Part shown: positions 34,135 through 45,527 of the stretch, piece after piece
Layout of the letters: every line of letters begins with the position of its first letter
How positions within the stretch are numbered: position 1 is the stretch's first letter
Assembly: GCF_013315695.1 (NCBI RefSeq)
Contig: NZ_CP054353.1
Source: Escherichia coli
GTDB taxonomy: Bacteria; Pseudomonadota; Gammaproteobacteria; Enterobacterales; Enterobacteriaceae
DNA length: 64,000 nt
Reading direction: 5' to 3' (one strand)
The notes under the pieces: generated by a model
Database searches by the model: none
What the model was told of the DNA's origin: nothing
Seen by the model: only the letters and a program-made list of their open reading frames with translations
Made by a program: the position numbers and the translations under genes

Positions 34135-35004
34135 ATGCGGACTCTGCAGGGCTGGTTGTTGCCGGTGTTTATGTTGCCTATGGCTGTATATGCACAAGAG
34201 GCAACGGTGAAAGAGGTGCATGACGCGCCAGCGGTGCGTGGCAGTATTATCGCCAATATGCTGCAGGAGCATGACAATCCGTTCACCCTTTATCCTTATG
34301 ACACCAACTACATCATCTACACCCAAACCAGCGATCTGAATAAAGAAGCGATTGCCAGTTACGACTGGGCGGAAAATGCGCGTAAGGATGAAGTAAAGTT
34401 TCAGTTGAGCCTGGCATTTCCGCTGTGGCGTGGGATTTTAGGCCCGAACTCGGTGTTGGGTGCGTCTTATACGCAAAAATCCTGGTGGCAACTGTCCAAT
34501 AGCGATGAGTCTTCACCGTTTCGTGAAACCAACTACGAACCGCAATTGTTCCTCGGTTTTGCCACGGATTACAACTTTGCTGGCTGGACGCTGCGCGATG
34601 TGGAAATGGGCTACAACCACGACTCAAACGGGCGTTCAGACCCGACTTCCCGCAGCTGGAACCGCCTTTATACCCGCCTGATGGCAGAAAACGGTAACTG
34701 GCTGGTAGAGGTGAAGCCGTGGTATGTGGTGGGGAATACGGACGATAACCCGGACATCACCAAATATATGGGCTATTACCAGCTTAAAATCGGCTATCAC
34801 CTCGGTGATGCGGTACTGAGCGCGAAAGGGCAGTACAACTGGAACACCGGTTACGGTGGTGCGGAGTTAGGTTTAAGTTACCCGATCACCAAACATGTGC
34901 GCCTTTATACTCAGGTTTACAGTGGTTACGGCGAATCGCTCATCGACTATAACTTCAACCAGACCCGCGTTGGTGTGGGAGTTATGCTAAACGACCTGTT
35001 TTGA
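34135..35004 (+). CDS. pldA: outer membrane phospholipase A
   Basis: 289 aa with signal peptide; beta-barrel; catalytic HDSNG motif. Confidence 0.9.
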   Translation: MRTLQGWLLPVFMLPMAVYAQEATVKEVHDAPAVRGSIIANMLQEHDNPFTLYPYDTNYIIYTQTSDLNKEAIASYDWAENARKDEVKFQLSLAFPLWRGILGPNSVLGASYTQKSWWQLSNSDESSPFRETNYEPQLFLGFATDYNFAGWTLRDVEMGYNHDSNGRSDPTSRSWNRLYTRLMAENGNWLVEVKPWYVVGNTDDNPDITKYMGYYQLKIGYHLGDAVLSAKGQYNWNTGYGGAELGLSYPITKHVRLYTQVYSGYGESLIDYNFNQTRVGVGVMLNDLF

Positions 35005-35080
35005 TGAATGGTTGTCAAATCTGGAATCCAGCATCCAGGATTACCCTCTCAGAGACTAAAAGCATTGCAGTTTCTCGCGC

Positions 35081-35107
35081 AGGCGCTGAAAATAGCGCCT
35101 GTTTTTA
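35081..35107 (+). terminator. intrinsic terminator after pldA
   Basis: AGGCGCT-GAAAAT-AGCGCCT hairpin followed by GTTTTTATTT. Confidence 0.7.
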
Positions 35108-35128
35108 TTTCAGGCAATCGGGGTGAAT

Positions 35129-36958
35129 GTGGCGCAGGCGGAAGTGTTGAATCTGGAGTTCGGAGCTAAACAGGTTTTACAAGAAACCTTTGGCTACCAA
35201 CAGTTTCGCCCCGGCCAGGAAGAAATTATCGACACTGTGCTTTCCGGCCGCGATTGCCTCGTCGTCATGCCCACTGGTGGCGGAAAATCCCTTTGCTATC
35301 AAATCCCTGCCTTATTGCTAAACGGCCTTACCGTGGTTGTTTCACCGCTGATTTCCTTGATGAAAGATCAGGTGGATCAACTGCAAGCCAACGGCGTGGC
35401 GGCGGCGTGCCTTAACTCGACGCAAACCCGCGAGCAGCAACTTGAAGTGATGACAGGCTGTCGCACCGGGCAAATCCGCCTGCTTTATATCGCGCCGGAA
35501 CGCCTGATGCTGGATAACTTTCTTGAGCATCTGGCGCACTGGAATCCGGTGTTATTAGCCGTTGATGAAGCGCACTGTATCTCCCAATGGGGTCACGATT
35601 TCCGCCCGGAATACGCTGCCCTCGGTCAGCTGCGTCAGCGGTTCCCGACGCTGCCGTTTATGGCGCTGACTGCCACCGCCGACGATACCACGCGGCAGGA
35701 TATCGTGCGCCTGCTGGGGCTGAACGATCCGCTGATTCAAATCAGCAGTTTTGACCGTCCGAATATTCGCTACATGCTGATGGAGAAATTCAAACCGCTC
35801 GATCAGTTGATGCGCTACGTGCAGGAACAGCGCGGTAAGTCCGGCATTATCTACTGCAACAGCCGGGCGAAAGCAGAAGACACCGCTGCGCGCCTGCAAA
35901 GCAAGGGTATTAGCGCGGCGGCCTATCATGCCGGGCTGGAAAATAATGTCCGCGCCGACGTGCAGGAAAAATTTCAGCGCGATGACCTGCAAATTGTGGT
36001 GGCGACCGTGGCGTTTGGCATGGGTATCAACAAGCCTAACGTCCGCTTCGTGGTCCACTTTGATATTCCGCGCAATATCGAATCCTATTATCAGGAAACC
36101 GGTCGCGCCGGGCGTGATGGCCTGCCCGCGGAAGCGATGCTGTTTTACGATCCGGCCGATATGGCGTGGCTACGCCGTTGTCTGGAAGAGAAGCCGCAGG
36201 GGCAATTGCAGGATATCGAGCGCCATAAACTCAATGCGATGGGCGCGTTTGCCGAAGCGCAAACTTGCCGTCGTCTGGTGCTGCTGAACTACTTTGGCGA
36301 AGGGCGGCAGGAGCCGTGCGGGAACTGCGATATCTGCCTCGATCCGCCGAAACAATACGATGGTTCAACCGATGCTCAGATTGCCCTTTCCACCATTGGT
36401 CGTGTGAATCAGCGGTTTGGGATGGGTTATGTGGTGGAAGTGATTCGTGGCGCTAATAACCAGCGTATCCGCGACTATGGTCATGACAAACTGAAAGTCT
36501 ATGGCATGGGCCGTGATAAAAGCCATGAACATTGGGTGAGCGTGATCCGCCAGCTGATTCACCTCGGCCTGGTGACGCAAAATATTGCCCAGCATTCTGC
36601 CCTACAATTGACAGAGGCTGCGCGTCCGGTGCTGCGCGGCGAATCCTCTTTGCAACTTGCCGTGCCGCGTATCGTGGCGCTCAAACCGAAAGCGATGCAG
36701 AAATCGTTCGGCGGCAACTATGATCGCAAACTGTTCGCCAAATTACGCAAACTGCGTAAATCGATTGCCGATGAAAGCAATGTCCCGCCGTACGTGGTAT
36801 TTAACGACGCAACCTTGATTGAGATGGCGGAACAGATGCCGATCACTGCCAGCGAAATGCTCAGCGTTAACGGCGTTGGGATGCGCAAGCTGGAACGCTT
36901 TGGCAAACCGTTTATGGCGCTGATTCGTGCGCATGTCGATGGCGATGACGAAGAGTAG
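35129..36958 (+). CDS. recQ: ATP-dependent DNA helicase RecQ
   Basis: 609 aa; GTG start; DEAH box (VDEAH), zinc-binding and HRDC regions. Confidence 0.95.
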   Translation: MAQAEVLNLEFGAKQVLQETFGYQQFRPGQEEIIDTVLSGRDCLVVMPTGGGKSLCYQIPALLLNGLTVVVSPLISLMKDQVDQLQANGVAAACLNSTQTREQQLEVMTGCRTGQIRLLYIAPERLMLDNFLEHLAHWNPVLLAVDEAHCISQWGHDFRPEYAALGQLRQRFPTLPFMALTATADDTTRQDIVRLLGLNDPLIQISSFDRPNIRYMLMEKFKPLDQLMRYVQEQRGKSGIIYCNSRAKAEDTAARLQSKGISAAAYHAGLENNVRADVQEKFQRDDLQIVVATVAFGMGINKPNVRFVVHFDIPRNIESYYQETGRAGRDGLPAEAMLFYDPADMAWLRRCLEEKPQGQLQDIERHKLNAMGAFAEAQTCRRLVLLNYFGEGRQEPCGNCDICLDPPKQYDGSTDAQIALSTIGRVNQRFGMGYVVEVIRGANNQRIRDYGHDKLKVYGMGRDKSHEHWVSVIRQLIHLGLVTQNIAQHSALQLTEAARPVLRGESSLQLAVPRIVALKPKAMQKSFGGNYDRKLFAKLRKLRKSIADESNVPPYVVFNDATLIEMAEQMPITASEMLSVNGVGMRKLERFGKPFMALIRAHVDGDDEE

Positions 36959-37021
36959 TCAGCAGGATAAAAAAGTGCCAGGATGAAGACTCCGTAAACG
37001 TTTCCCCCGCGAGTCTAATGT

Positions 37022-37642
37022 ATGTTGATGTTATTCCTCACCGTCGCCATGGTGCACATTGTGGCGCTTATGAGCCCCGGTCCCGATTTCTTTTTTGTCT
37101 CTCAGACCGCTGTCAGTCGTTCCCGTAAAGAAGCGATGATGGGCATGCTGGGCATTACCTGCGGCGTAATGGTTTGGGCTGGGATTGCGTTGCTTGGCCT
37201 ACATTTGATTATCGAAAAAATGGCCTGGCTGCATACGCTGATTATGGTGGGCGGTGGCCTGTATCTCTGCTGGATGGGTTACCAGATGCTACGCGGTGCA
37301 CTGAAAAAAGAGGCTGTATCTGCGCCTGCACCACAGGTTGAGCTGGCGAAAAGCGGGCGCAGTTTCCTGAAAGGCTTACTGACCAATCTCGCCAATCCGA
37401 AAGCGATTATCTACTTTGGTTCGGTATTCTCGCTGTTTGTCGGCGATAACGTCGGCACCACCGAGCGCTGGGGCATTTTCGCGTTGATTATTGTAGAAAC
37501 ACTGGCGTGGTTTACCGTCGTTGCCAGCCTGTTTGCCCTGCCGCAAATGCGCCGTGGTTATCAACGTCTGGCGAAGTGGATTGATGGTTTTGCCGGGGCA
37601 TTATTTGCCGGATTTGGCATTCATTTGATTATTTCGCGTTGA
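37022..37642 (+). CDS. rhtC: threonine efflux protein (LysE/RhtB family)
   Basis: 206 aa 6-TM LysE-type. Confidence 0.9.
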   Translation: MLMLFLTVAMVHIVALMSPGPDFFFVSQTAVSRSRKEAMMGMLGITCGVMVWAGIALLGLHLIIEKMAWLHTLIMVGGGLYLCWMGYQMLRGALKKEAVSAPAPQVELAKSGRSFLKGLLTNLANPKAIIYFGSVFSLFVGDNVGTTERWGIFALIIVETLAWFTVVASLFALPQMRRGYQRLAKWIDGFAGALFAGFGIHLIISR

Positions 37643-37665
37643 TGCCAGACGCGTCATCAGAGTAA

Positions 37666-37695
37666 GTCGGATAAGGCGTTTACGCCGCATCCGAC
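37666..37695. repeat. REP element
   Basis: GTCGGATAAGGCGTTTACGCCGCATCCGAC between convergent rhtC and rhtB. Confidence 0.6.
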
Positions 37696-37703
37696 ATTAT
37701 TTT

Positions 37704-38324
37704 TCACGCATGCCTCGCCGATGCTAACAGCGCTCCCACCAGCATAAACAACGAGCCGAAAATCTTATTCAGCGCCTTCATCTGCTTTGGTCCTTTAATC
37801 CATAGAGCAATCCGTTGAGCAAGGGTGGCGTAACCGATCATCACAATAATATCGACCACAATAGTGGTGACGCCGAGCACGATATACTGCATCAGTTGTG
37901 GCTGCTGCGGCATGATGAATTGCGGAAATAGCGCCGCCAGAAACACAATACTTTTGGGATTGGTAAGATTCACAAAAACTGCGCGCTGGAACAAATGTCG
38001 GCGCGATTGAGTAGAGGCTAGCGATTTAAGGTCAATTGCACCAGCGGCGCGCCATTGCTGTATTCCCAGCCAAATCAAGTAAGCTGCGCCTGCCCACTTC
38101 AACACTTCAAACGCAATCACTGAGCGGGAAAATAGCGTCCCCAACCCCACGCCAACCAGCACAATATGAATCGCCAGTCCGGTCTGAAGCCCAGCAATAG
38201 ACGCCACCGCGCCGCGATAACCGTGGTTGAGCGAGGTGGTCATGGTGTTGATTGCGCCAGAGCCTGGCGACAGGCTTAAAATGATCGATGTCAGCAGGTA
38301 GGCAAACCACCATTCTAAGGTCAT
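37704..38324 (-). CDS. rhtB: homoserine/homoserine-lactone efflux protein (LysE/RhtB family)
   Basis: 206 aa LysE-type paralog of rhtC. Confidence 0.9.
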
Positions 38325-38434
38325 GATGAACTCCCGGTGTGTCTATTTTTGTGCCACAATACGCTACTGTCGCAGCGTTGTGTCAGGCACGCTTAAAAAA
38401 ACGATTTTACGTGGTTTAAGAGGCAGATTACCCG

Positions 38435-39457
38435 ATGTTTCAGCAGCAAAAAGACTGGGAAACAAGAGAAAACGCGTTTGCTGCTTTTACCATGGGACCG
38501 CTGACTGATTTCTGGCGTCAGCGTGATGAAGCAGAATTTACTGGTGTGGATGACATTCCGGTGCGCTTTGTCCGTTTTCGCGCACAGCACCATGACCGGG
38601 TGGTAGTCATCTGCCCGGGGCGTATTGAGAGCTACGTAAAATATGCGGAACTGGCCTATGACCTGTTCCATTTGGGGTTTGATGTCTTAATCATCGACCA
38701 TCGCGGGCAGGGACGTTCCGGTCGCCTGTTAGCCGATCCGCATCTCGGGCATGTTAATCGCTTTAATGATTATGTTGATGATCTGGCGGCATTCTGGCAG
38801 CAGGAGGTTCAGCCCGGTCCGTGGCGTAAACGCTATATACTGGCACATTCAATGGGCGGTGCGATCTCCACATTATTTCTGCAACGCCATCCAGGTGTAT
38901 GTGACGCCATTGCGCTAACTGCGCCAATGTTTGGCATCGTGATTCGTATGCCGTCATTTATGGCACGGCAGATCCTCAACTGGGCCGAAGCGCATCCACG
39001 TTTCCGTGATGGCTATGCAATAGGCACCGGGCGCTGGCGCGCGTTGCCGTTTGCTATCAACGTACTGACCCACAGCAGACAGCGATATCGACGTAACTTA
39101 CGCTTTTATGCTGATGACCCAACGATTCGCGTCGGTGGGCCGACCTACCATTGGGTACGCGAAAGTATTCTGGCTGGCGAACAGGTGTTAGCCGGTGCGG
39201 GTGATGACGCCACGCCAACGCTTCTCTTACAAGCTGAAGAGGAACGCGTGGTGGATAACCGCATGCATGACCGTTTTTGTGAACTCCGCACCGCTGCGGG
39301 CCATCCTGTCGAAGGAGGACGGCCGTTGGTAATTAAAGGTGCGTACCATGAGATCCTTTTTGAAAAGGACGCAATGCGCTCAGTCGCGCTCCACGCCATC
39401 GTTGATTTTTTCAACAGGCATAACTCACCCAGCGGAAACCGCTCTACAGAGGTTTAA
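38435..39457 (+). CDS. pldB: lysophospholipase L2 (alpha/beta hydrolase)
   Basis: 340 aa; GHSMGG nucleophile elbow. Confidence 0.9.
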   Translation: MFQQQKDWETRENAFAAFTMGPLTDFWRQRDEAEFTGVDDIPVRFVRFRAQHHDRVVVICPGRIESYVKYAELAYDLFHLGFDVLIIDHRGQGRSGRLLADPHLGHVNRFNDYVDDLAAFWQQEVQPGPWRKRYILAHSMGGAISTLFLQRHPGVCDAIALTAPMFGIVIRMPSFMARQILNWAEAHPRFRDGYAIGTGRWRALPFAINVLTHSRQRYRRNLRFYADDPTIRVGGPTYHWVRESILAGEQVLAGAGDDATPTLLLQAEEERVVDNRMHDRFCELRTAAGHPVEGGRPLVIKGAYHEILFEKDAMRSVALHAIVDFFNRHNSPSGNRSTEV

Positions 39458-39464
39458 ATTTCTT

Positions 39465-40265
39465 ATGTACCAGGTTGTTGCGTCTGATTTAGATGGCACG
39501 TTACTTTCTCCCGACCATACGTTATCCCCTTACGCCAAAGAAACTCTGAAGCTGCTCACCGCGCGCGGCATCAACTTTGTGTTTGCGACCGGTCGTCACC
39601 ACGTTGATGTGGGGCAAATTCGCGATAATCTGGAGATTAAGTCTTACATGATTACCTCCAATGGCGCGCGCGTTCACGATCTGGATGGCAATCTGATTTT
39701 TGCTCATAACCTGGATCGCGACATTGCCAGCGATCTGTTTGGCGTAGTCAACGACAATCCGGACATCATTACTAATGTTTATCGCGACGACGAATGGTTT
39801 ATGAATCGTCATCGCCCGGAAGAGATGCGCTTTTTTAAAGAAGCGGTATTCAAATATGCGCTGTATGAGCCGGGATTACTGGAGCCGGAAGGCGTCAGCA
39901 AAGTGTTCTTCACCTGCGATTCCCATGAACAACTGCTGCCGCTGGAGCAGGCGATTAATGCTCGCTGGGGCGATCGCGTCAACGTTAGTTTCTCTACCTT
40001 AACCTGTCTGGAAGTGATGGCGGGCGGCGTGTCGAAAGGCCATGCGCTGGAAGCGGTGGCGAAGAAACTGGGCTACAGCCTGCAAGATTGTATTGCCTTT
40101 GGCGATGGAATGAACGATGCCGAAATGCTGTCGATGGCGGGGAAAGGCTGCATTATGGGCAGCGCGCATCAACGGCTGAAAGATCTGCATCCAGAGCTGG
40201 AAGTGATTGGTACTAACGCCGAGGACGCAGTGCCGCATTATCTGCGTAAGCTCTATTTATCGTAA
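39465..40265 (+). CDS. yigL: HAD-family sugar phosphatase (Cof-like)
   Basis: 266 aa from MYQVVASDLDGTLL... Confidence 0.9.
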   Translation: MYQVVASDLDGTLLSPDHTLSPYAKETLKLLTARGINFVFATGRHHVDVGQIRDNLEIKSYMITSNGARVHDLDGNLIFAHNLDRDIASDLFGVVNDNPDIITNVYRDDEWFMNRHRPEEMRFFKEAVFKYALYEPGLLEPEGVSKVFFTCDSHEQLLPLEQAINARWGDRVNVSFSTLTCLEVMAGGVSKGHALEAVAKKLGYSLQDCIAFGDGMNDAEMLSMAGKGCIMGSAHQRLKDLHPELEVIGTNAEDAVPHYLRKLYLS

Positions 40266-40340
40266 TCGTTCTTTATTTGGTCAGTTGTCAACCTGATACT
40301 TCGCTACAATGGATACTCGTTAATCAAAGAGTTTTCCATT

Positions 40341-41240
40341 GTGGCGCTACTTATCATCACCACGATTCTGTGGGCCTTCTCCTTTAGCTTTTATGGCGAG
40401 TACCTTGCGGGGCACGTCGATAGCTATTTTGCGGTGCTGGTGCGCGTTGGCCTGGCGGCACTCGTTTTTCTGCCGTTTCTGCGTACCCGTGGCAATAGCC
40501 TGAAAACGGTCGGCCTGTATATGCTGGTGGGCGCGATGCAGCTCGGTGTGATGTATATGCTGAGTTTCCGCGCCTATCTCTACCTGACGGTCTCCGAATT
40601 GTTGCTGTTCACCGTACTGACGCCGCTCTACATCACGCTAATTTATGACATCATGAGTAAGCGCCGTCTGCGCTGGGGCTATGCTTTTAGCGCCTTGCTG
40701 GCGGTGATTGGTGCCGGGATTATTCGCTATGATCAGGTCACCGACCATTTCTGGACTGGCTTATTGCTGGTGCAACTCTCCAATATCACTTTTGCCATCG
40801 GCATGGTGGGTTACAAACGTCTGATGGAAACTCGCCCGATGCCGCAGCATAACGCCTTTGCGTGGTTCTATCTTGGCGCGTTCCTGGTGGCAGTGATTGC
40901 ATGGTTCTTGCTAGGAAATGCGCAGAAAATGCCGCAAACCACGTTGCAATGGGGCATTCTGGTGTTTCTTGGCGTGGTGGCTTCCGGGATTGGCTACTTT
41001 ATGTGGAACTACGGCGCGACGCAGGTGGACGCCGGAACGCTGGGCATTATGAATAATATGCACGTTCCGGCAGGGCTGCTGGTAAACCTGGCTATCTGGC
41101 ACCAACAGCCGCACTGGCCAACGTTTATTACAGGCGCGCTGGTGATCCTGGCCTCACTGTGGGTGCATCGTAAGTGGGTCGCTCCGCGCTCTTCACAAAC
41201 GGCAGATGATCGCAGGCGTGATTGCGCGCTGAACGAATAA
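40341..41240 (+). CDS. yigM: DMT/EamA-family transporter (biotin transporter)
   Basis: 299 aa 10-TM; 3' end overlaps metR 3' end. Confidence 0.85.
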   Translation: MALLIITTILWAFSFSFYGEYLAGHVDSYFAVLVRVGLAALVFLPFLRTRGNSLKTVGLYMLVGAMQLGVMYMLSFRAYLYLTVSELLLFTVLTPLYITLIYDIMSKRRLRWGYAFSALLAVIGAGIIRYDQVTDHFWTGLLLVQLSNITFAIGMVGYKRLMETRPMPQHNAFAWFYLGAFLVAVIAWFLLGNAQKMPQTTLQWGILVFLGVVASGIGYFMWNYGATQVDAGTLGIMNNMHVPAGLLVNLAIWHQQPHWPTFITGALVILASLWVHRKWVAPRSSQTADDRRRDCALNE

Positions 41241-42081
41241 ACGCTTCTGTAATCGGCTTACGCTGCTCGCCATCGCGCACGGCGGCGTACAGTCGGCTCC
41301 ACAAGCCTTCGCCCAGGGTTTTGGTGACCACCAGACCCTGGCGTTCAAAACTCTCCACTACCCAATGCGGTAGTGCGGCAATACCCATCCGTGCGGCAAC
41401 CATCTGAATCAACAATAAGGTGTTATCGACGCTTTTCAGTGACGGGCTGACGCCTGCTGGCTGAAGAAAATGCCGCCAGACATCCAGTCGGCTACGCTGC
41501 ACCGGATAAATCAACAGCGTCTCGCTGGCGAGATCTTCCGGTGTAATTCGCGTTTTTGCCGCCAGTGGATGGTCAGGTGCTAACACCAGACGCACTTCAT
41601 AGTCGAACATCGGCGAATAATGCAGGCCACTGCGCGGCAGAATATCGGACGTCATCACCAGATCCAGCTCGCCCTGTTGCAACGCAGGCTGCGGATCAAA
41701 CGTTACGCCCGATTTAAAATCCATCTCCACCTGCGGCCAGTTCTTATGGAAACTTTCTAATGCGGGCGTCAGCCACTGAATACAGCTATGGCACTCTATG
41801 GCAATGCGCAGGCGCGTCTGCTGCGGTTCATTGCAGGCTTGCAGTGCCTGGCTAATTTGCGGCAGCACCTGATTTGCCAGTTGCAACAGGATTTCTCCCT
41901 GCGGTGTAAAGCGAAGCGGCTGGCTTTTACGCACAAATAGCCGGAAGCCAAGGCGTTGTTCCAGATCGCTAAACTGGTGAGACAGGGCGGATTGCGTTTG
42001 ATGCAACGTCGCCGCAGCGGCTGCGAGTGAGCCGCAGTTCCGCAACGCTTGTAGCGTTTTCAGGTGTTTTACTTCGATCAT
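41128..42081 (-). CDS. metR: LysR-type regulator of methionine biosynthesis
   Basis: 317 aa; divergent from metE. Confidence 0.9.
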   Translation of the reverse strand: MIEVKHLKTLQALRNCGSLAAAAATLHQTQSALSHQFSDLEQRLGFRLFVRKSQPLRFTPQGEILLQLANQVLPQISQALQACNEPQQTRLRIAIECHSCIQWLTPALESFHKNWPQVEMDFKSGVTFDPQPALQQGELDLVMTSDILPRSGLHYSPMFDYEVRLVLAPDHPLAAKTRITPEDLASETLLIYPVQRSRLDVWRHFLQPAGVSPSLKSVDNTLLLIQMVAARMGIAALPHWVVESFERQGLVVTKTLGEGLWSRLYAAVRDGEQRKPITEAFIRSARNHACDHLPFVKSAERPTYDAPTVRPGSPARL

Positions 42082-42152
42082 GAAAGTCCTTCACTTCGGC
42101 ATGAATAATTTGCGCTTGAGGAATATACAGTAACCGCCAATTATGGATGTGT

Positions 42153-42168
42153 AAACATCTGGACGGCT
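42153..42168. promoter_or_regulatory. tandem MetJ-box-like repeats in metR-metE control region
   Basis: AAACATCT GGACGGCT, each 6/8 to AGACGTCT consensus, ~35 bp upstream of metE ATG. Confidence 0.45.
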
Positions 42169-42198
42169 AAATACTAAAAATTCCATAAGGGGCATATA

Positions 42199-44460
42199 AT
42201 GACAATTCTTAATCACACCCTCGGTTTCCCTCGCGTTGGCCTGCGTCGCGAGCTGAAAAAAGTGCAAGAGAGTTATTGGGCGGGGAACTCCACGCGTGAA
42301 GAACTGCTGGCGGTAGGGCGTGAATTACGTGCTCGTCACTGGGATCAACAAAAGCAAGCGGGTATCGACCTGCTGCCGGTGGGCGATTTTGCCTGGTACG
42401 ATCATGTACTGACCACCAGTCTGCTGCTGGGTAATGTTCCGGCGCGTCACCAGAACAAAGATGGTTCGGTAGATATCGACACCCTGTTCCGTATTGGTCG
42501 TGGACGTGCACCGACTGGCGAACCTGCGGCGGCAGCGGAAATGACCAAATGGTTTAACACCAACTATCACTACATGGTGCCGGAGTTCGTTAAAGGCCAA
42601 CAGTTCAAACTGACCTGGACGCAGCTGCTGGAGGAAGTGGACGAGGCGCTGGCGCTGGGCCACAAGGTGAAACCTGTGCTGCTGGGGCCAGTTACCTACC
42701 TGTGGCTGGGTAAAGTGAAAGGTGAACAGTTTGATCGCCTGAGCCTGCTGAACGACATTCTGCCGGTTTATCAGCAAGTGCTGGCAGAACTGGCGAAACG
42801 CGGCATCGAGTGGGTACAGATTGATGAACCCGCGCTGGTACTGGAACTGCCGCAGGCGTGGCTGGACGCATACAAACCCGCTTACGACGCGCTCCAGGGA
42901 CAGGTGAAACTGCTGCTGACCACCTATTTTGAAGGCGTAACGCCAAATCTCGACACGATTACTGCGCTGCCTGTTCAGGGTCTGCATGTCGATCTCGTAC
43001 ATGGTAAAGATGACGTTGCTGAACTGCACAAGCGTCTGCCTTCTGACTGGCTGCTGTCTGCGGGTCTTATCAATGGTCGTAACGTCTGGCGCGCCGATCT
43101 TACCGAGAAATATGCGCAAATTAAGGACATTGTTGGCAAACGTGATTTGTGGGTGGCATCTTCCTGCTCATTGCTGCACAGCCCTATCGACCTGAGCGTG
43201 GAAACGCGTCTTGATGCAGAAGTGAAAAGCTGGTTTGCCTTCGCCCTGCAAAAATGTCATGAACTGGCATTGCTGCGCGATGCGTTGAACAGTGGTGATA
43301 CGGCAGCTCTGGCAGAGTGGAGCGCTCCGATTCAGGCGCGTCGTCACTCTACTCGTGTACATAATCCGGCAGTAGAAAAGCGTCTGGCGGCGATCACCGC
43401 TCAGGACAGTCAGCGTGCGAATGTCTATGAAGTGCGTGCTGAAGCCCAGCGTGCGCGTTTTAAACTGCCCGCGTGGCCGACCACCACGATTGGTTCCTTC
43501 CCGCAAACCACGGAGATTCGTACCCTGCGTCTGGATTTTAAAAAGGGTAATCTCGACGCCAATAACTACCGCACGGGCATTGCGGAACATATCAAGCAGG
43601 CCATTGTTGAGCAGGAACGTTTGGGACTGGATGTGCTGGTACATGGCGAGGCCGAGCGTAATGACATGGTGGAATACTTTGGCGAGCATCTGGATGGCTT
43701 TGTCTTTACGCAAAACGGTTGGGTACAGAGCTACGGTTCCCGCTGCGTGAAGCCACCGATTGTTATTGGTGACGTTAGCCGCCCGGCACCGATTACCGTG
43801 GAGTGGGCAAAATATGCGCAATCCCTGACTGATAAACCGGTGAAAGGGATGTTGACCGGCCCGGTGACTATTCTCTGCTGGTCGTTCCCGCGTGAAGATG
43901 TCAGCCGTGAAACCATCGCCAAACAAATTGCGCTGGCGCTGCGTGATGAAGTGGCGGACCTGGAAGCCGCTGGAATTGGCATCATCCAGATTGATGAACC
44001 GGCGCTGCGCGAAGGTTTACCGCTGCGTCGTAGCGACTGGGATGCATATCTCCAGTGGGGCGTAGAGGCCTTCCGTATCAATGCCGCTGTAGCGAAAGAT
44101 GACACGCAAATCCACACCCACATGTGTTATTGCGAGTTCAACGACATCATGGATTCGATTGCGGCGCTGGACGCAGACGTCATCACCATCGAAACCTCGC
44201 GTTCCGACATGGAGTTGCTGGAGTCGTTTGAAGAGTTTGATTATCCAAATGAAATTGGTCCAGGCGTCTATGACATTCACTCGCCAAACGTACCGAGCGT
44301 GGAATGGATTGAAGCCTTGCTGAAGAAAGCGGCAAAACGCATTCCGGCAGAGCGTCTGTGGGTCAACCCGGACTGTGGCCTGAAAACGCGCGGCTGGCCA
44401 GAAACCCGCGCGGCACTGGCGAACATGGTGCAGGCGGCGCAGAATTTGCGTCGGGGATGA
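42199..44460 (+). CDS. metE: cobalamin-independent methionine synthase
   Basis: 753 aa [21 protein letters not shown]... Confidence 0.95.
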   Translation: MTILNHTLGFPRVGLRRELKKVQESYWAGNSTREELLAVGRELRARHWDQQKQAGIDLLPVGDFAWYDHVLTTSLLLGNVPARHQNKDGSVDIDTLFRIGRGRAPTGEPAAAAEMTKWFNTNYHYMVPEFVKGQQFKLTWTQLLEEVDEALALGHKVKPVLLGPVTYLWLGKVKGEQFDRLSLLNDILPVYQQVLAELAKRGIEWVQIDEPALVLELPQAWLDAYKPAYDALQGQVKLLLTTYFEGVTPNLDTITALPVQGLHVDLVHGKDDVAELHKRLPSDWLLSAGLINGRNVWRADLTEKYAQIKDIVGKRDLWVASSCSLLHSPIDLSVETRLDAEVKSWFAFALQKCHELALLRDALNSGDTAALAEWSAPIQARRHSTRVHNPAVEKRLAAITAQDSQRANVYEVRAEAQRARFKLPAWPTTTIGSFPQTTEIRTLRLDFKKGNLDANNYRTGIAEHIKQAIVEQERLGLDVLVHGEAERNDMVEYFGEHLDGFVFTQNGWVQSYGSRCVKPPIVIGDVSRPAPITVEWAKYAQSLTDKPVKGMLTGPVTILCWSFPREDVSRETIAKQIALALRDEVADLEAAGIGIIQIDEPALREGLPLRRSDWDAYLQWGVEAFRINAAVAKDDTQIHTHMCYCEFNDIMDSIAALDADVITIETSRSDMELLESFEEFDYPNEIGPGVYDIHSPNVPSVEWIEALLKKAAKRIPAERLWVNPDCGLKTRGWPETRAALANMVQAAQNLRRG

Positions 44461-44498
44461 CGAATATTAACTAGTCACTGTAAATTGCAGTACGATAA

Positions 44499-44526
44499 TG
44501 GCTTCCAGCACTGGAAGCCATTTTGC
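44499..44526 (+). terminator. intrinsic terminator after metE
   Basis: TGGCTTCCAG-CA-CTGGAAGCCA hairpin followed by TTTTGCT. Confidence 0.75.
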
Positions 44527-44553
44527 TATGTATGCCAGGTATGATGTGGATCT

Positions 44554-45450
44554 TCAGGAACAGAAAATTAATTGCGGATTTCTTAAATATTCTATGCACC
44601 ACTGACAGGCTTTGCCCATACCATCGGAACGAGCGGCAAGAAATAACTTGGTGGCGTGTTTATGTTCGCGCATTGGCTTTTTAAGCAATTTACCGCTGTT
44701 CAATAACGGCAATGCCAGATGATGTGGAATATAACCAATACCGACGTTTTGTTCTATTAAGGCGATTGCCGTAGCGAAGTCAGGAACAAAAATGGGTTTT
44801 TGTCCTTCCAACAACCAGGCTTGCATCGGGGGGAAGTTAACGGAGGTATCGCGGATACAAACCGCTGGATAATGACGCAATTCACTGTTTTCTAATGGAT
44901 GCCGCTTCGCTGCCAGTGGGTGGAGTGGGCTGACGACAAAATCCCATTCCATTTGTCCGACCGGTTCGCTAATGATGCCTTCACTGCTTGGCACTGCATG
45001 AGGAGCACCGTAGACCAGATCGGCACGCTTACTGTACAGCGCATCCCAGCAGCCGTTGTATACCTCAAGATCTACCGTCAGTGTTGTTGATGTGAATTGC
45101 CGTTCAAAATCTCGAATAAATGCCACCAGCAAATCACCAGGAATAATATTGTTCACCGCAATTGTCAGTTCACGCTCAATACCATCGTGAATCAGCACTG
45201 TGTTGCGCTTTAATGCTTCCAGGTCGCCAAGAATAGTTTTGCTATGTTCGATGAAGTAACTTCCCGCTGGCGATAATTCAATATAGCGTCCCTTACGAAT
45301 GAACAGTTCAACGCCCAGGCTCTCTTCCGCTTTCTTGATGGTGTAACTGATAGCGGAAGGGACTTTATTTAACTGCTCGGCTGCGGTGGTAATGCTCTGG
45401 TGTCTGGCGACCAGATGAATAACACGAAGCGTTTCGTCTGAGATGAACAT
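44554..45450 (-). CDS. LysR-family transcriptional regulator
   Basis: 298 aa; N-terminal wHTH (ITTAAEQLNKVPSAISYTIKKAEESLGVELF) and LysR substrate-binding domain. Confidence 0.8.
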   Translation of the reverse strand: MFISDETLRVIHLVARHQSITTAAEQLNKVPSAISYTIKKAEESLGVELFIRKGRYIELSPAGSYFIEHSKTILGDLEALKRNTVLIHDGIERELTIAVNNIIPGDLLVAFIRDFERQFTSTTLTVDLEVYNGCWDALYSKRADLVYGAPHAVPSSEGIISEPVGQMEWDFVVSPLHPLAAKRHPLENSELRHYPAVCIRDTSVNFPPMQAWLLEGQKPIFVPDFATAIALIEQNVGIGYIPHHLALPLLNSGKLLKKPMREHKHATKLFLAARSDGMGKACQWCIEYLRNPQLIFCS

Positions 45451-45527
45451 AAGGCTCCCTGGTCAGTGGTAAAGTGGCTGAATCTCTCCAGATTCAGCCG
45501 TAATCATTGCCTGAGTATACCCAGGAA

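Noticed and set aside
42325-43926. Minus-strand ORFs of 264 and 252 codons inside metE
   Set aside because: Antisense to a highly conserved gene; no independent start or RBS context; shadow ORFs.
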